From Eledone cirrhosa (taxonomy: Eukaryota), in assembly GCA_964016885.1 (NCBI GenBank), contig OZ024740.1, positions 370,760,001 to 370,824,000 on the forward strand: a stretch of DNA of 64,000 nt, written 5' to 3'. The notes under the pieces were generated by a model, which saw only the letters and a program-made list of their open reading frames with translations, had not been told where the DNA came from and searched no databases. The translations under genes and the position numbers were made by a program. This document shows positions 61,870-64,000 of the stretch, one piece after another; the first letter of the stretch is position 1, and each line of letters begins with the position of its first letter.

Positions 61870-62629
61870 TAATATTATTTATAGTTATGTATACACTATA
61901 TAGAACTATAAACAGGAAATGTCAGTAATTCATTACTACCTTATTACCAGTAAGAAAAATAGCTCAATGTAAATATCTGAGATGTATTACAGAGCAGGAA
62001 TATAAATTACACAATAATCCAAGCTAAGTTCAAATCATTTTATTGCTGACAATCGTTTCTTCCAAACTTTCGTTTGGAATCATCGGAGCACTAGCAATAT
62101 TTGTACATCACACTACATCCACCATAAACTCATAATTTTAATACACAAACATCTTTGCCTGCTTGATATGCTTGTAAACCTATGTTATGTTATGTGATAT
62201 CTTTGCCATGCAGTAATTATATATGCCTCGTACCATTGCTTGTTTCCTTCCTGTATATGCCGAACGCATTTGCATTCTCTATACGCTTGCCTATGTACTG
62301 CTAGTGTCCTCGTTTTACGAGTAACTTTATACTTTAATGCCTCTTTAATTATTATACTATTCCCTTGTAATCTCTGTCGCATGCATTCCACTCTGTGCCT
62401 TTTTATTTTTAATTTTAATTATTGTACAATTCTCTTGTAATCTATGTCGCATCCATTCCTCTCTGTAAATACGAAACTGCTGTTGACAACATTAATATCC
62501 ATGTATCTATATGATTATTCAGTTGAATATGTACAAACATTGCTAGTGCTCCGATGATTCCAAACGAAAGTTTAGAAGAAACGATTGTCAGCAATAAAAT
62601 GATTTGAACATAGCTTTGATTATTGTGTA

Positions 62630-62635
<6 letters not shown>
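61870..62635. mobile_element. Inverted pLTR pair, each arm with a U4C hammerhead
   Basis: About 62000-62106 is inverted relative to about 62530-62635; the left arm is longer; (TA)n flanks. Confidence 0.8.
62547..62593 (+). ncRNA. Type I hammerhead, U4C core (mirror copy 62044-62090 on minus)
   Basis: tgct-CCGATGA-ttccaaac-gaaa-gtttrgaa-GAAA-c-gatt-g-TC-agca. Confidence 0.75.
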
Positions 62636-62680
<45 letters not shown>

Positions 62681-62691
62681 TATAGATATAT

Positions 62692-62791
<100 letters not shown>

Positions 62792-62855
62792 CAAATAACT
62801 ATCGCTCTATGTGGCTGAATACAACAAATGTAATCTGAGTTTTTCGAATATTAAT

Positions 62856-63032
62856 AATTGTTTCTACTTTTGGCACAAGGCCAGAAATTATACCAGTGTA
62901 TTACTGGTACTTTATTTTATCGACCTCGTAAGGATGAAAGGCAAAGTTAACCTCAACTTGATTTGAACTCAGACAGTAAAGGGACGTAACTATGTTAGAA
63001 AGCATGGCGTCTGACCCTCTAACGATACTGCC
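62856..63032 (-). mobile_element. SINE family A
   Basis: Reverse-complement copy. Confidence 0.9.
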
Positions 63033-63097
63033 TCTTTTAAGCCATGTCAGTAGAATGGCTCCTCATTCTTGCTCCTGTGTTGGCATGTAAACAGAAC

Positions 63098-63141
63098 TTC
63101 AGACACTAATGTTTCTGGGTGATTACCCTTCATCAGTGCAA
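63098..63141 (-). ncRNA. Type I hammerhead with fuller stem III
   Basis: Minus strand reads ttgca-CTGATGA-agggtaatcaccca-GAAA-cat-ta-gtg-TC-tgaa. Confidence 0.7.
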
Positions 63142-63347
63142 TTTACTGCTCACCTGCCAACTGTCAGAGCTAGTCAAAATATATGATATTTCCTGAAATA
63201 TAAAGTGACTGATCGGCCTGATATGTATATTAGCAGAATGGCTGATCAGTCAGATCTGCATATTAGCAGATCCACTGATCAGCCAGATTTGCATATCATC
63301 AGATAGGCTAGTCAGTTTCATGTATACGAGCGATTAATGGCCGGCTT

Positions 63348-63430
63348 TGCCATATTCAAATAACTAACAAATGTTTTATCGCTCTACATGGCTGAATACA
63401 ACAAATCTAATCTGAGTTTTTCAACAAGTC
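63348..63430 (+). pseudogene. LRR fragment (unit 5 continuation)
   Basis: AIFK*LTNVLSLYMAEYNK; about 45 bp of this is duplicated at 62800-62845. Confidence 0.5.
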
Positions 63431-64000
63431 TAATCAGAGCTAGTGAAAATATATATTTTCTGCATTATAAAAATACATCATGGCTGTGGGGAGGTTGATA
63501 CGGCTTATCAAGAGATCCCTAGAAAAAAGGATTGTTTCTTGACGCGTTCGTAGCAAGTCAGAAAATCTCTAGAGGCGGAGGGAGGAATTAACACGTGATA
63601 CAGGGTCATATATATATTCTCCTCATTTACACTGTCAGTCTTTCTCGCTCTCTCTCTCTCTTTCTATCTCTCTCTCACTCTCTCTCCCTCTCTCTCTCTC
63701 TCTCCCTCTCTCTCTCACATCTGTCTCTCTCTATCTCTCCCTCTCTCCCCCTCCCCCTCTCTCTCTCTCCCTCTCTCTCCCTCTCTCTCTCTCTCTCTCT
63801 CACCTCTGTCGCTCTCTCTCTCTCTCTCTCTCTCAATCTCTCTCTCTCTCTCTCCCTCCCCCTCTCTCTCTCCCCCCTCTTTACCTCTTAATTTTCCAGT
63901 TACACCTCTCCCACTTAGACCATTTCTCTTACTCCAACGGAACCTTACTCAGACACACAATCTCTCTCCTTCTTCCTCCCCCATATCTTCCACATTCCCT

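Noticed and set aside
63205-63330. CRISPR-like repeat array
   Set aside because: Adjacent degenerate tandem units with no unique spacers, in a eukaryotic context.

Overview
AT-rich, microsatellite-dense eukaryotic DNA. The SINE families and repeat landscape suggest a coleoid cephalopod (Octopus-like); this is an inference. No intact host gene is present, and most ORF-track entries are translations of (TA)n/(CA)n/(GA)n/(AGT)n repeats. The window has two layers. (1) The small unique-sequence islands between repeats translate on the + strand, with stops and frameshifts, to LRR, LRR-CT, TM-like and TIR motifs. These recur in Toll-like receptor order about five times, suggesting a decayed tandem TLR-like array shredded by insertions. 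(2) Over this lies a dense set of Penelope-like retroelements (PLEs; RT plus C-terminal GIY-YIG) and their pseudo-LTR relics, mostly sitting in (TA)n tracts. They carry at least 12 recognisable type I hammerhead ribozyme (HHR) motifs, some with U4C cores or very long stem II. Many insertions show an inverted short-arm/long-arm geometry, and several minimal ones fold back inside the ribozyme. Also present: two tRNA-derived SINE families, an L1/Tx1-like endonuclease relic, an R4/Dong-like RLE retroelement in (TATG)n, RTE-like 5' relics, a Helitron-like relic and a 200-N gap (45165-45364). All calls are by eye; no searches were run.
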